A DNA stretch of 64,000 bases from Sphingobium sp. (GCA_036384115.1 DASVMZ010000022.1:81303-145302), one strand, 5' to 3'; positions 17,832-31,315 are shown, counted from the stretch's first letter. Made by a program: numbers and translations. Notes: generated by a model not told the origin, from the sequence alone.

Positions 17832-18989
17832 ATGACGACCAACACCGACATCGATGACCTGCTGCCGCTGCTGGTCGCGTTCCGCCACGATATTCACGCG
17901 CATCCCGAACTGGGCTTTCAGGAAAGACGCACCGCCGCCGTCATCGCGGAACAGCTGCGCGCCATCGGGCTGGAGGTGCATGAGGGCGTCGGGCAGACCG
18001 GCGTGGTCGGCGTGCTTCGCAACGGCACGCCGGGCCGCAGCATCGGCCTGCGCGCGGACATGGATGCGCTGTCCATCCAGGAACAGACCAACCTGCCCTA
18101 TGCCAGCAAGACGAACGGCGTCTTCCACGGCTGTGGGCATGACGGCCATCTCGCCATGCTGCTGGGCGCGGCGCAGCATCTGGCCCGCACGCGCAATTTC
18201 GACGGCACGGTCAATTTCTTCTTTCAGCCCGCCGAAGAAGGGCTGGGCGGCGCACGGGCGATGGTCGAGGACGGGCTGTTCGCGCGTTTCCCCTGCGACC
18301 GCGTGTTTGCGCTCCACAACTGGCCGGACCTGCCCGCAGGAACCATAGCGACCCGCCCCGGCCCGATCATGGGTGCGGCGGACAAGTTCGAGATCATCTT
18401 CACCGGGCGGGGTGGCCATGCCGCCCTGCCGCACGATACGCCCGACGCCATCCTTGCCGCCGCCGCGCTGGTCGGACAGATCAATACCATCATCGCGCGG
18501 GTCGTTCCCGCCCTGTCGTCGGCGGTCCTTTCGGTGACGCAGATCCATGGCGGCAATGCCCATAATGTGATTCCCGCCAGCGTATCGGTGGTCGGCACCG
18601 TCCGCACCTTCGATCCGGTGGTGCAAGGCGTGATCGAGGCCAAGTTGCGCGAGATGGTGAAAGGCACCGCCCTCTCCTTTGGACTGACGGCGACGGTCGA
18701 CTATGACCGTTATTATCCCGCGACCATCAATGACGAGGGAGCCGCGAACGAGGCGCTCGCCATCGCGGCTACCGTGGGCACGGCCCTGCTGGCGCCGGAA
18801 CCGGCGTTCACGTCGGAGGACTTCTCCTTCATGCTACAGGCATGCAAGGGCGCCTATATCTGGCTCGGCCAGGCGCGGGAGGCTCGCTCGACCCCGCTCC
18901 ACAACCCAGGTTATGATTTCAACGACGATGTGATGGCGACGGGTATCCGGCTGCATGTCGCGCTCGCGGAGACTATTCTCGCCCAATAG
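17832..18989 (+). CDS. M20D amidohydrolase (hippurate hydrolase-like)
   Basis: RHDIHAHPELGFQE, LRADMDAL, HGCGHDGH, FQPAEEG, LHNWP, SEDFSF, LHNP. Confidence 0.92.
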   Translation: MTTNTDIDDLLPLLVAFRHDIHAHPELGFQERRTAAVIAEQLRAIGLEVHEGVGQTGVVGVLRNGTPGRSIGLRADMDALSIQEQTNLPYASKTNGVFHGCGHDGHLAMLLGAAQHLARTRNFDGTVNFFFQPAEEGLGGARAMVEDGLFARFPCDRVFALHNWPDLPAGTIATRPGPIMGAADKFEIIFTGRGGHAALPHDTPDAILAAAALVGQINTIIARVVPALSSAVLSVTQIHGGNAHNVIPASVSVVGTVRTFDPVVQGVIEAKLREMVKGTALSFGLTATVDYDRYYPATINDEGAANEALAIAATVGTALLAPEPAFTSEDFSFMLQACKGAYIWLGQAREARSTPLHNPGYDFNDDVMATGIRLHVALAETILAQ

Positions 18990-19000
18990 GCGGCTCGTTA

Positions 19001-19900
19001 TCAGAACCAAAAGCGTATGCCCGTCACGAAGCGCACGCTGTCCGTCGCCTCGTCCGCATCGCGCGCATAGTCCGCCGTCCGGCCCAGCTTCTTCTCCCAA
19101 TGCACGCCCACATAGGGCGCAAACTCCCGCGCGACCTCATAGCGAAGACGCAGGCCCAGCTCGACGCTCTCGACCCCCGCGCCAATGCCCAGTTCCGGTA
19201 CATCCTGCGCGGCGATATTCACCTCCGCTGCGGGCTGTGCGATCAACCGCTGGGTGATGCGCTGGTCATAGCTGCCCTCGACACGGGCACTGCCCTCGCC
19301 CTTGCTGGACAGGAATAGCTGCCCCTCCAGCTCGAACCAATAGGGCGCCAGCCCCTCTATCCCCAGCACCGCATAGGTACGGCGCGAGTCGGGGCGAAAG
19401 TCCTGCCGCACGCCCGCCTGAAAATTGAACCAGGGATCGAGCGCATGGCTCCACAGCGCCTGCACTTCCGCCTTCTCCGCCGTGCCACCAAAGCTGCCCT
19501 CGCCTTCCGTCCTGAAGGCGAAGCGGTCTATGTCACCGCCGGTCCAGCCCTCGGCCTCCCATGCATAGCCATCCCCGCCCGGACCCGGCCGCCATTCCAG
19601 CCGGTCCACCAGCAGCATGGAATTAGGCATTCCGCCGGACTCATAGCGCAACCCCTCCCGCGCCCTCGCCATTGCGGCGGGATCATAATAGGCGTCGGCG
19701 GCATGATCAGCAGGCGGGCTGGGCGCGGGCATGGCCTCGGCGGTTACGGCGGGAGCATCGGCCTCCGCCGCCTCTGCGGCAACCGCTGCCGGAGCATGGC
19801 CGCCATGTCCTGCATGATCCTGTGCATGGACGGTGCCAGGCAGTGCCAGAAGCCATAACGCCATCCGCGGAAGGATGGCGAAGCGCAACCCCGCCCTCAT
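19001..19900 (-). CDS. copB: Copper resistance outer-membrane protein CopB
   Basis: His-rich N-terminus, GIEGLAPYWFE, YDQRITQRLI, GLRLRYE, REFAPYVGV, terminal RFWF; overlaps the copA stop. Confidence 0.92.
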   Translation of the reverse strand: MRAGLRFAILPRMALWLLALPGTVHAQDHAGHGGHAPAAVAAEAAEADAPAVTAEAMPAPSPPADHAADAYYDPAAMARAREGLRYESGGMPNSMLLVDRLEWRPGPGGDGYAWEAEGWTGGDIDRFAFRTEGEGSFGGTAEKAEVQALWSHALDPWFNFQAGVRQDFRPDSRRTYAVLGIEGLAPYWFELEGQLFLSSKGEGSARVEGSYDQRITQRLIAQPAAEVNIAAQDVPELGIGAGVESVELGLRLRYEVAREFAPYVGVHWEKKLGRTADYARDADEATDSVRFVTGIRFWF

Positions 19901-21672
19901 GCTGCCTCATCCGCCGCGCGGACCGTCACGACACGAAACATTCCTGCATGCATATGCAGCAGCATATGACAATGGAAAGCCCAGTCGCCGATCGCGTCCG
20001 CCGTCAGGTCGAAACTGGCCTTCGCACCGGGCAGGACATTGACCGTATGCTTGCGCGGTTGCCTGTCTTCCGCCCCGTTCACCAGCTCGAAGAAATGGCC
20101 GTGGAGGTGGATGGGATGGGGCATCATCGTATCGTTGACGAGGTTGACCCGCACCCTTTCCCCATGGCGGAAGGCCAGCGGCTCCGCGCCGTCGCTCATC
20201 TTCACCCCGTCGAAGGACCACATATAGCGTTCCATGTTGGCGGTGAGGTGAATGTCCAGTTCCCGCTCCGGCGCGCGTCGGTCGGGATCGGGGACCAGCG
20301 CCCGGAGGTCGGCATAGGTCAGCACGCGATGATCGACGGTCTCAAGGCCGGTCAGCCTGTCCGCCATGCGATCGACAGGCGAGGCCGAAATCGTCGCGAC
20401 GCCCGGACCCATACGGATGGTCGGCGCGGCGAGCGACTTGTCGCGCATCTTCATGGTCGCACCGCCGCTGCCGCCCGTCGCAGGCGCACCGACCGGCGCT
20501 GACAGGTCGAGCGTCCCTGACGCCGCATCCATGCCCGCCATGTCCATGCCCATGTCCCTCATGACCAGCAACGGGCGCTGCCGAAGGGGCACCAGCGGCG
20601 CGACCATGCCGATCTGCGGCGCCAATGTGGCGCGGCACAGGCCGGAACGGTCGATAGCCTCTGCGATGATCGCAATGGCTTCGGCTTTCTGCGGCGTGAC
20701 GATCACGTCATAGGTTTCCGCGATGCCGATCTGGAACTCGTCGGTATCGACCGGCTCCACATCCTGCCCGTCCGCCTGCACCACCGTCATCGCGACACCG
20801 GGCAGGCGTATGTTGAAATTGGTCATTGATGAGGCGTTGATGAAGCGCAGCCGCACCCGCTCGCCCGGCGCGAACAGCCCGGTCCAATTGCCCGCGCTGT
20901 CATGACCGTTGATGAGATAGCTGTAGGTCGATCCGGTCACGTCCGAAATATCGGTCGGGTCCATCCGCATGCGGCCCCATTCTATGCGATCGGCGAAATT
21001 CTGGTCCTTGCCCGACAGGAGGCTGCCCAGCGTCTGCTTCTGCCGGTTGAAATAGCCGCCCATCTGCTTGAGCTTGCGGAGCTGGGCATGCGGATGAAGG
21101 CTGCTCCAGTCCGACAACAGGATCACATGCTCCCGGTCATAGGGCGCATGGTCCGTGCCCGCCGGGTCGATGACGATGGGACCGAACAGGCCCATCGCCT
21201 CCTGCATGTTGCTGTGGCTATGATACCAATAGGTGCCCGCCTGTCGGATGGGGAAGTGATAGTCGAAGGTCTGGCCGGGCCTGATTCCCGGAAAGCTGAT
21301 CCCCGGCACGCCGTCGAACTGGAACGGCACAATCAGGCCATGCCAGTGAATCGACGTATCCTCCGCCAGCGTGTTCGCGACCGACAGCCGGACGTTCTGC
21401 CCCTCCTTCAAGCGGATCAGTGGTCCCGGCATCGTGCCGTTGGCGGTCACGGCATGGCCCTGCCTGCCGCCCGCCTCGATCATGCCATGGCCGATGGAGA
21501 GGTTGATATGCTCGCCCGAGAGCATGCCCGTTCCCGTTGCAGCGCCCGCCGTACCGGTCGTCGCCCAGCCGGGGAACAGGCCGGTCAGGGCAGACATGCC
21601 CGCAAGGCCAGCCGCGCCGCGGATCAGGGACCGCCGGTCGCATGGCATCGTCAAAGTCCGGGCCGAAGCCAT
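19897..21672 (-). CDS. copA: Multicopper oxidase CopA (Tat-exported)
   Basis: DRRSLI Tat motif; HWHG, WYHSH, HPIHLHGH, HCHMLLHM copper motifs; Met-rich insert. Confidence 0.95.
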   Translation of the reverse strand: MASARTLTMPCDRRSLIRGAAGLAGMSALTGLFPGWATTGTAGAATGTGMLSGEHINLSIGHGMIEAGGRQGHAVTANGTMPGPLIRLKEGQNVRLSVANTLAEDTSIHWHGLIVPFQFDGVPGISFPGIRPGQTFDYHFPIRQAGTYWYHSHSNMQEAMGLFGPIVIDPAGTDHAPYDREHVILLSDWSSLHPHAQLRKLKQMGGYFNRQKQTLGSLLSGKDQNFADRIEWGRMRMDPTDISDVTGSTYSYLINGHDSAGNWTGLFAPGERVRLRFINASSMTNFNIRLPGVAMTVVQADGQDVEPVDTDEFQIGIAETYDVIVTPQKAEAIAIIAEAIDRSGLCRATLAPQIGMVAPLVPLRQRPLLVMRDMGMDMAGMDAASGTLDLSAPVGAPATGGSGGATMKMRDKSLAAPTIRMGPGVATISASPVDRMADRLTGLETVDHRVLTYADLRALVPDPDRRAPERELDIHLTANMERYMWSFDGVKMSDGAEPLAFRHGERVRVNLVNDTMMPHPIHLHGHFFELVNGAEDRQPRKHTVNVLPGAKASFDLTADAIGDWAFHCHMLLHMHAGMFRVVTVRAADEAA

Positions 21673-21702
21673 GGGCAAAATCTCCGCATCAATCTCAAAA
21701 GA

Positions 21703-22296
21703 TCATACGCGCGGGCCGGGGCTTTCCCTCAATATTTCCGTCAATTTCGCACGGGCGCGGTAAAGCCGGGTCTCTACTGCCTTGGCGGTGATGCCCAGAA
21801 TGCCAGCCACCTCCAGCTGGCTCATGCCCGCCACCGCGCGCAGGAGCAGCACCGACCGCAAACCTTCCGGCAGCGCGTCGATGGCCTTGCGCACACGCGC
21901 CAGTTCGTGGCGCCCCTGCACTTGGGCATCCGGCCCCGGTTCCGTATCGGCGACCGCCAAGCCCTCCTCAAGCGGCCGGGCGCGGGTGAAGAAGGCCCGC
22001 ACCGCCCGCCGCCGCCGCCAGTCGCGGCATTTATTGATGGCGATCCGCACGATCCAGTGGCGGAACGGGCGGGCGAGATCGTAGCGGTGGAGGTTGGCGA
22101 AGGCAGCGATGAAGCTCTCCTGCGTCACATCGAGCGCGGCGTCCGCATCCTCGATCTGCGCGCGGACGAGCCGGTAGATGCCGTCGCGGTGGCGCTGCAT
22201 CAGCATGCGGCAGGCATCCTCAGACCCGGCCAGCGCGCGGGCGGCCAGCGTGCCGTCGTCCGGCTCCTGTGCCTCCCTGTCCGTCGTGCGGTTCAC
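21703..22296 (-). CDS. ECF RNA polymerase sigma factor (CnrH-like)
   Basis: DAALDVTQESF, WIVRIAINKCRDWRRRR, region 4 MSQLEVAGILGITAKAVETRLYRAR. Confidence 0.92.
   Translation of the reverse strand: MNRTTDREAQEPDDGTLAARALAGSEDACRMLMQRHRDGIYRLVRAQIEDADAALDVTQESFIAAFANLHRYDLARPFRHWIVRIAINKCRDWRRRRAVRAFFTRARPLEEGLAVADTEPGPDAQVQGRHELARVRKAIDALPEGLRSVLLLRAVAGMSQLEVAGILGITAKAVETRLYRARAKLTEILRESPGPRV
21705..21729 (-). promoter_or_regulatory. Putative ECF sigma promoter for copAB (AGGGA-N15-CGTAT)
   Basis: Same boxes and spacing as the copC promoter; lies in the last codons of the sigma gene. Confidence 0.6.
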
Positions 22297-22727
22297 CGCG
22301 CCGGCTGGGTCAGCGCATCCACCATCGCCGCATCAAAGCGCCGCGCCTGGTCGGGCCGCAGCACGGAGCGCATCGCGAACAGATGTTGCAGCGTTTCCTT
22401 CTGGAGCATCCCCATGGCATGATGCGAACGGTCGACCGCCTCACCCACGCCGGGACCATAGCCCTTTTCCGACTGGATGGCGGCGGCGAGACGGCGGTTG
22501 TCGTCGCGCATCTCCTGCTCATAGCGCGCCTGCTGCGTGGCGAACGCCTTCTCCATCGCCTCGATCCGTGCATTCTGGCGGGCGTCCAGATCCAGCTCAT
22601 GATGGATCAGCGTGTGGAAGCGATTCTCCATCGGCTGGTCGGACCGGAACAGGAAATGCCCCGCCCCCACGCCCGTTATGGCCGCAAGGAAGGCAAACAG
22701 GATGAGGATGACGGGATAATGTTTCAT
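22293..22727 (-). CDS. Periplasmic heavy-metal sensor (CnrX/NccX-like)
   Basis: N-terminal anchor; HTLIHHELDL, EQEMR, HLFAMRSVLRPDQARRFD metal-site pattern. Confidence 0.82.
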   Translation of the reverse strand: MKHYPVILILFAFLAAITGVGAGHFLFRSDQPMENRFHTLIHHELDLDARQNARIEAMEKAFATQQARYEQEMRDDNRRLAAAIQSEKGYGPGVGEAVDRSHHAMGMLQKETLQHLFAMRSVLRPDQARRFDAAMVDALTQPAR

Positions 22728-22730
22728 CGG

Positions 22731-23003
22731 TCAGCGCGCGCCGAGCAGCAGGCTGGACGGGGCGCTGGACGGGACCATGTTGAGCGCCGCTGGCTCCGCC
22801 TGTACACGCTGTGGCGAGACGAGGCTGGCGGCGAGGCCGATGCCTAGTGCCAGCACGCCCGTCACCGCCAGGCTGCGCCGCGCCTGCACGCGCTCGCGCC
22901 ACGAGGCGACACCGGCCAGCACAGCCGCATCCATGGCGTCCAGCCGGAGGTCGGGCGCTGCATCGCGCATGTCGGTCAACAGGCTGTCGAGATCGGTCAT
23001 CAT
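22731..23003 (-). CDS. Membrane anti-sigma factor (CnrY-like)
   Basis: 90 aa, single TM, C-terminal APSSLL; first gene of the Y-X-H triad. Confidence 0.75.
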   Translation of the reverse strand: MMTDLDSLLTDMRDAAPDLRLDAMDAAVLAGVASWRERVQARRSLAVTGVLALGIGLAASLVSPQRVQAEPAALNMVPSSAPSSLLLGAR

Positions 23004-23056
23004 ATCCTCCTTGCCCCACTATACGCAGCCCGCACAAAAAACACGCATCGCACATC

Positions 23057-23081
23057 AGGGATCGGATGCCAGACTGCGTAT
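23057..23081 (+). promoter_or_regulatory. Putative ECF sigma promoter for copCD (AGGGA-N15-CGTAT)
   Basis: AGGGA 23057-23061, 15-nt spacer, CGTAT 23077-23081, 38 nt before the copC ATG. Confidence 0.6.
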
Positions 23082-23119
23082 TGTTCCTGTCGGACATGCA
23101 ATCCCGAAAGGACTTTCCC

Positions 23120-23509
23120 ATGCGTCATTTCTCCACCTTCCTCGCCTCGGCGCTTGCCGCCCTCGCACTCGCCGCCAGCCCCGCCGTCTTCGCCCATGCC
23201 AAGCTGGTCTCCTCCAGCCCCGCCGCCGATGCCAAGGCGAGCAATGTGAAGACCCTCTCGCTCACCTTTTCCGAAACGCTGGTCGAGAAGCTGTCCGGCG
23301 TCGATCTGGTGATGACCGGCATGCCCGGCATGGCCAATCATGCACCGATGAAGGTATCCGGCTTCAAGAGCGCGCTGGGCGCGGATGGCAAGACTTTGAC
23401 CCTCAGCCTGCCCCGCCCCCTGCCCGCTGGCACCTACAGCCTGACCTGGCATGCCGTCACCACCGACACGCATCGGATCGAGGGAAACTACGCCTTCTCC
23501 GTGAAGTAA
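23120..23509 (+). CDS. copC: Periplasmic copper chaperone CopC
   Basis: Signal peptide then HAKLVSSSP, Met-rich MTGMPGMANHAPM, WHAVTTDTHRIEG. Confidence 0.92.
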   Translation: MRHFSTFLASALAALALAASPAVFAHAKLVSSSPAADAKASNVKTLSLTFSETLVEKLSGVDLVMTGMPGMANHAPMKVSGFKSALGADGKTLTLSLPRPLPAGTYSLTWHAVTTDTHRIEGNYAFSVK

Positions 23510-23513
23510 GCCG

Positions 23514-24389
23514 ATGGACTGGGCCGCCGTCGCCATCCGCTTTGGAACCTATGCGGCCCTCTCGCTGATCGCGGGGGTTCCGCTGTTCCTGTGCCTGTCG
23601 CTGGGCATGCGACGGGCGGGCGCGGTGCTGACAGCGTGGCGCGGACCCTATCTCCTTCTCCTTACCGCCGCCATGCCGCTCAGTGCGCTCGCATTGCTCA
23701 GCACGACGGCGATGATGGCGGGAACCAGCCTGTTCCCGGTCGATGGCGAGATGGCCTTGCTGGTCATCTCCGCGACGCCAGCGGGCAAGGCGATCGTGAC
23801 TAGACTCCTTTTGTGCGTCCTATTGATCGCACTGATGCTCTCGCGGCGTTCCAGCCGGTTGCGCTCGATCACAGCGCTCGGGACCATCGCCGCCATGTCC
23901 CTGGTGTGGAGCGGCCACGCCGCCGCCAGCGAGGGCATGGCGGGCTGGCTCCATCTGGGTGGAGACGCTCTGCATATTCTGGCCGCCGCACTCTGGATCG
24001 GCGGTATGGCCTGCCTGTTGATGTCTCTGCGTCCATCCGGCGTGCATCTCGCCGAACCGATGCTGCGCGCCTTTGCCTGGGTGGGCGGGGTCATCGTAGC
24101 GCTGCTGATCGTCACGGGACTGCTCAACATGGGCATGACCATCGGTTTCGACAGGCTCCTGGATTCGCTGGACGGGCTTTATGGCAAGTTGCTCGCCCTC
24201 AAGATCGGACTGTTCCTCGTCATGCTGGCGCTCGCCGCCAACAACCGCTTTCGACTGTCACCCGCGTTCGAGCGGGACCGACTGGCCGCGCTGCCCACTC
24301 TGCGCCATGCCATCGCCATCGAGATCGGTATCGCCATGCTGATCCTGGCGGCCGTCGCTTGGCTGGGAATGATCGCACCCGTCGAATGA
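23514..24389 (+). CDS. copD: Inner-membrane copper protein CopD
   Basis: WSGHAAA, LHILAAALWIGG, YGKLLALKI, LAANNRF. Confidence 0.9.
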   Translation: MDWAAVAIRFGTYAALSLIAGVPLFLCLSLGMRRAGAVLTAWRGPYLLLLTAAMPLSALALLSTTAMMAGTSLFPVDGEMALLVISATPAGKAIVTRLLLCVLLIALMLSRRSSRLRSITALGTIAAMSLVWSGHAAASEGMAGWLHLGGDALHILAAALWIGGMACLLMSLRPSGVHLAEPMLRAFAWVGGVIVALLIVTGLLNMGMTIGFDRLLDSLDGLYGKLLALKIGLFLVMLALAANNRFRLSPAFERDRLAALPTLRHAIAIEIGIAMLILAAVAWLGMIAPVE

Positions 24390-24470
24390 CCCGCTCCGCC
24401 AAGCGGTCCTGCGCTGAACGATCATATCGTCAGGGGGGCGGACAACGGCCTGCACCAAAGGAGTTAGCAC

Positions 24471-24770
24471 ATGAAACTCAGGCTTTCCTCCCTCGCTTTC
24501 ATCGCCGCGCTTGCCGCGACGGTCGTGGCTCCCATGGCTGCCGATGCCCATGGCATCTGGTTCGCCCAGCGCGCCAAGCAGTTCGCCCTTATCTATGGCA
24601 TCGGCTCGGACGATCTCGACATGGTGAAACGATTTCCGCTGATCGGGAGCGTGACCGCCTATGATGCGGACTATCAGCTGATCAAGGCGACTCCGCGCAT
24701 CGCGGGCGCCATCGTGCTGATCGACGCCGATGCCCAGCCCACGCTGGTGGCGGGCGCCCAAGTCATCAAC
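24471..24770 (+). pseudogene. Truncated secreted protein (DUF4198 / metal-uptake periplasmic protein-like)
   Basis: Good RBS and signal peptide, mature N-terminus HGIWFAQR; protein-like character is lost after about 100 codons, just before the czc-like promoter region. Confidence 0.5.
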
Positions 24771-24856
24771 ACATGGTCAACGATCCCGACGCTGTGGAAA
24801 TACCGCACTGCGTCAATTTCTTGCGACGACGACCACTCCACTATAGTGTCTTGGCC

Positions 24857-25252
24857 ATGACGGTATCGCCCGCCAGAAGAAACTACATCCTGCCGGGCCG
24901 CAAGAGCATGCGCTTTTCGGCCCTGCTGGCGTTTCTGGCGCTGATCGGCATGGTCGCCCTCTCCTACTGGCACGATGCGATGCCGCATGTGCATGACGTG
25001 GATCATCTCGCCGGCATCTCTCAAGAGATGGGTATCGATCCGGTCCAGCATGTCCATGCGCCGGGCCATCTCCCCGACAGTGACGACATGATGCATATCG
25101 CGGCCCATGTCGTGCTCCAGACCATCACCATCCCCGCATCGCCCATATTGGCGGAAATACTCGTCCCCCGCCTGACGATGTGGAGCCTATCGCCTGCCGA
25201 GACGGGCCGGCCGAGCGCGCCCCTCTCCATCCTCCGCCCCCCGCAAGGCTGA
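24857..25252 (+). CDS. His-rich small protein upstream of RND operon (CzcI-like)
   Basis: Hydrophobic N-terminal segment, His clusters, C-terminal LRPP motif; start 24857 or 24908. Confidence 0.6.
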   Translation: MTVSPARRNYILPGRKSMRFSALLAFLALIGMVALSYWHDAMPHVHDVDHLAGISQEMGIDPVQHVHAPGHLPDSDDMMHIAAHVVLQTITIPASPILAEILVPRLTMWSLSPAETGRPSAPLSILRPPQG

Positions 25253-25301
25253 TTGCGCGCACTGACGTGCGCCCTCCATCAGCTTTCAGGGGAATAGGAT
25301 T

Positions 25302-26600
25302 ATGAACGCCTTTAGAGGCCGGCTGCCGCGTCGCGCGGTGCCCGGCATGACGCTCGCGACCTGTGTCGCCACAATGGGCGCAACTTTGTGCATGGGGATA
25401 ACGGGCGTGGTGCGCGCCGAAGTGGCACCGCCTTACGCCGCCTTGCTGCGCCGGACGGCCGACGCGCCGCGTCTCGTCGAAAGCGAGGCACAGATCAGGC
25501 GGGCCGAAGGACTGGCGCGTCAGGCGCGCAGCCGTCCCAATCCGACCATCGGCGTCATGACCGAGAATGTCACCGGATCGTCGCCCTACCGCGGGTTCGA
25601 ACGTGCCGAAACAACCGTGCAATATAGCCAGCCGCTGGAGATCGGCGGAAAGCGTTCGGCGCGGATTGCGGCGGGCGAGGCCAGTCTGGTCGCATCCAAA
25701 GCCCGCGATCTCGATGTGCAGATACGCTATGCCTATGATCTGGCCCGCGCCTATGCCGCCGCCGAAATCGCCGACGAACGCATCACCCTGGCCGAGGATG
25801 AGGTGGAGGAGGGTCAGAGAGACCTCCATGCCGCGCAGGCCCTGGTCGATGCAGGCAAGGAGGCCCGGCTGCGCGCGCTCCAGGCGCAATCCTCGCTGAA
25901 TGCGGTGAGCGCCGATTTGGAGGGCGCAAGGGCCAATCGCATTGCCGCCTATGCCCGGCTTTCCGCGCTGGCGGGGATCGAAGAGCTTTACACCGGCCTC
26001 TCGGACTCGCTGCTGGTCGATCCTGCATCCCCTGTCGCGGCCAGCTATGGTCCGGTCGATCCGACGACGAACCCGGCCCTGCTGGCGGCGCAAGCGGAGA
26101 GCGAGGCGGCAGAGCGGCATGTGACCGCCGAACAGCGGCGGGCCAACCCGGACATCACCGCCACGGTCGGTGTGCGGCACCTGCAATATGACAATGCGAC
26201 GGCGGTGACGGCGGGCATCTCGATCCCGCTCCACATCTTCGACCGTAATCGCGGCAATATCGCGGTGTCGCAAGCGGATGCTCAGGCAGCGGCGGCCCGC
26301 CTCGCCATGGCACGCAATGACGCCATAGCGGACACACGCTCCGCCGAGGCCCAGATCGCCGCCACCAAGGCCCGCGTCGCTGCTGCCCTCGCCTCCCAGC
26401 AATCGGCGCAGGAAACCTATCGCCTCGCCCGCGTCGCCTATGAGTCCGGCAAGTCGCCGCTCGTCGAACTGCTGGGCGCCCGCCATGGCCTCGGCCAGGC
26501 GCGCGGCGTCCTTCTCGATGCCAGGATCGCCCGTTTCGAGGCACGGGCGCTGCTCGCCCGCCTCCAGGGCCGCACGCTTAACGGAGACCCCGTCCAATGA
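25302..26600 (+). CDS. czcC: Outer-membrane efflux factor (CzcC/TolC family)
   Basis: RPNPT, SQPLEIGGKRSAR, SIPLHIFDRNRG, YESGKSPLVELL. Confidence 0.88.
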   Translation: MNAFRGRLPRRAVPGMTLATCVATMGATLCMGITGVVRAEVAPPYAALLRRTADAPRLVESEAQIRRAEGLARQARSRPNPTIGVMTENVTGSSPYRGFERAETTVQYSQPLEIGGKRSARIAAGEASLVASKARDLDVQIRYAYDLARAYAAAEIADERITLAEDEVEEGQRDLHAAQALVDAGKEARLRALQAQSSLNAVSADLEGARANRIAAYARLSALAGIEELYTGLSDSLLVDPASPVAASYGPVDPTTNPALLAAQAESEAAERHVTAEQRRANPDITATVGVRHLQYDNATAVTAGISIPLHIFDRNRGNIAVSQADAQAAAARLAMARNDAIADTRSAEAQIAATKARVAAALASQQSAQETYRLARVAYESGKSPLVELLGARHGLGQARGVLLDARIARFEARALLARLQGRTLNGDPVQ

Positions 26601-27768
26601 CCCCGGAACCCAAGACTTCACCCAAGACCCTATATGCCGGGGCTACCATAGGTCTCATCCTCGCCGCGCTCGCCGGTTTCGGTATCGCCCGGATGACCGG
26701 ACCGTCAGCCGCGCCGGTCGAGACCGAAGCGGCAAGCCATGCCGAGGAAAGCAGCATCGCCATCACAGACGATGGCATCCGCACGTCCGGCATCACTGTG
26801 GCGCGCCCTGTCGCGGGCGGGGTCGCAGACCTGATCCTGGCCAGTGCGACCATCGAGGCAACACCCGATGCGGAGGCGGTGCTGACCGCACGCGCGCCGG
26901 GCACCGTCACCCGCATCTTCAAGCGGATCGGCGATCCGGTCCGCGCAGGTGAGACCATCGCGCTGGTCGAGAGCCGCGACGCCTCCATCATCGCCGCGAG
27001 CCGCGCAGCGGCGGCGGCGCGCGTGACGCTGGCGGATCGACAGCTTGCACGGGAAGGGTCGTTGTTGAAACAGGGCGTCTCGCCGCGCGCCGACTATGAA
27101 ACGGCCGAGGCCAATCTGGCGGTCGCCCGGGCCGAAGCCATGCAGGCGAGCGCCGCAGCCAATGCCGCGCGCGTGGCGGGCGATGGCCGGTCGGTTGCCG
27201 TAGTCAGCCCCATCTCCGGGCGCATCACCGCTGCACCGGGCAGCCTGGGCGCTTATGTGCAGGCAGAAACGGAACTGTTCCGGGTTGTCGATCCGCATCG
27301 CCTCCAGATCGAAGCCAGCATCCCGGCCGCCGACATTGCGCGCGTCACAGTGGGCGACCGCGTCGAACTGTCGACCCGCGATGGCCAGACCAGCGAAGGC
27401 ACGGTCCGCTCCGCCACCGGCATTGTCGATCCGCAGACACGGCAAGGCATAGTCATCGTCACGCCATCCGCTGGCGGGAGGGCGTTGACCCCCGGCCTGC
27501 TCGTTCAGGCGCGTATCTTTGCCCAAAGCGACGGGCCTACTGTCACATCAAGCCTGACCGTGCCGCAAGATGCGGTTCAAACCCTGGGCGACCAGTCGGT
27601 GGTCTTCGTCCGCACCCGCACGGGCTTCCGCGCCCAGACGGTCCGGATCGGCACGCGCAGCGGCGGGACGGTCGAAATCCTGTCAGGCCTTGCCGCCAAC
27701 ATGACGATCGCCACCACCAACGCCTTCCTTCTCAAGGCCGAACTCGGCAAGAATGAGGAGGCGGAGCA

Positions 27769-27772
<4 letters not shown>
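26597..27772 (+). CDS. czcB: RND membrane fusion protein (CzcB family)
   Basis: GDPVRAGETIA lipoyl-like hairpin, SPISGRI, VPQDAVQ, NAFLLKAEL. Confidence 0.88.
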
Positions 27773-31005
<3,233 letters not shown>

Positions 31006-31159
31006 CCCAGACCGGGCCAATGGCTCTCCACTTCAGATCGCCCGTACCTCGACCAGCACCGCATCCGTTGCGCCACCAGCGGCGGCCGGGGTCAGTGCGG
31101 TGCGCTCCTTCCGCCGGACAGGCAAACCGGGCTGACGGGTACGGGCGCGCGCCATCTCC

Positions 31160-31207
31160 GCGAGTGAAATCCAGAACGCGTATGCCCGAAAGCGGCCTGG
31201 CTGACAT
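31160..31207 (-). pseudogene. 5' stub of a CaiB/BaiF (family III) CoA-transferase
   Basis: MSARPLSGIRVLDFTR is the canonical N-terminus, with an RBS-like GGAAG upstream; similarity stops immediately after. Confidence 0.6.
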
Positions 31208-31315
31208 GCTCGTCTTCCTGATATTCCGGCGAACCGCCCTGGAACGGGAGAATAGCGGCTGTCAATCGCGGCGCTGCAAGCCCCACACTGACCGGGCGGG
31301 CGGTATATCGGGCCT

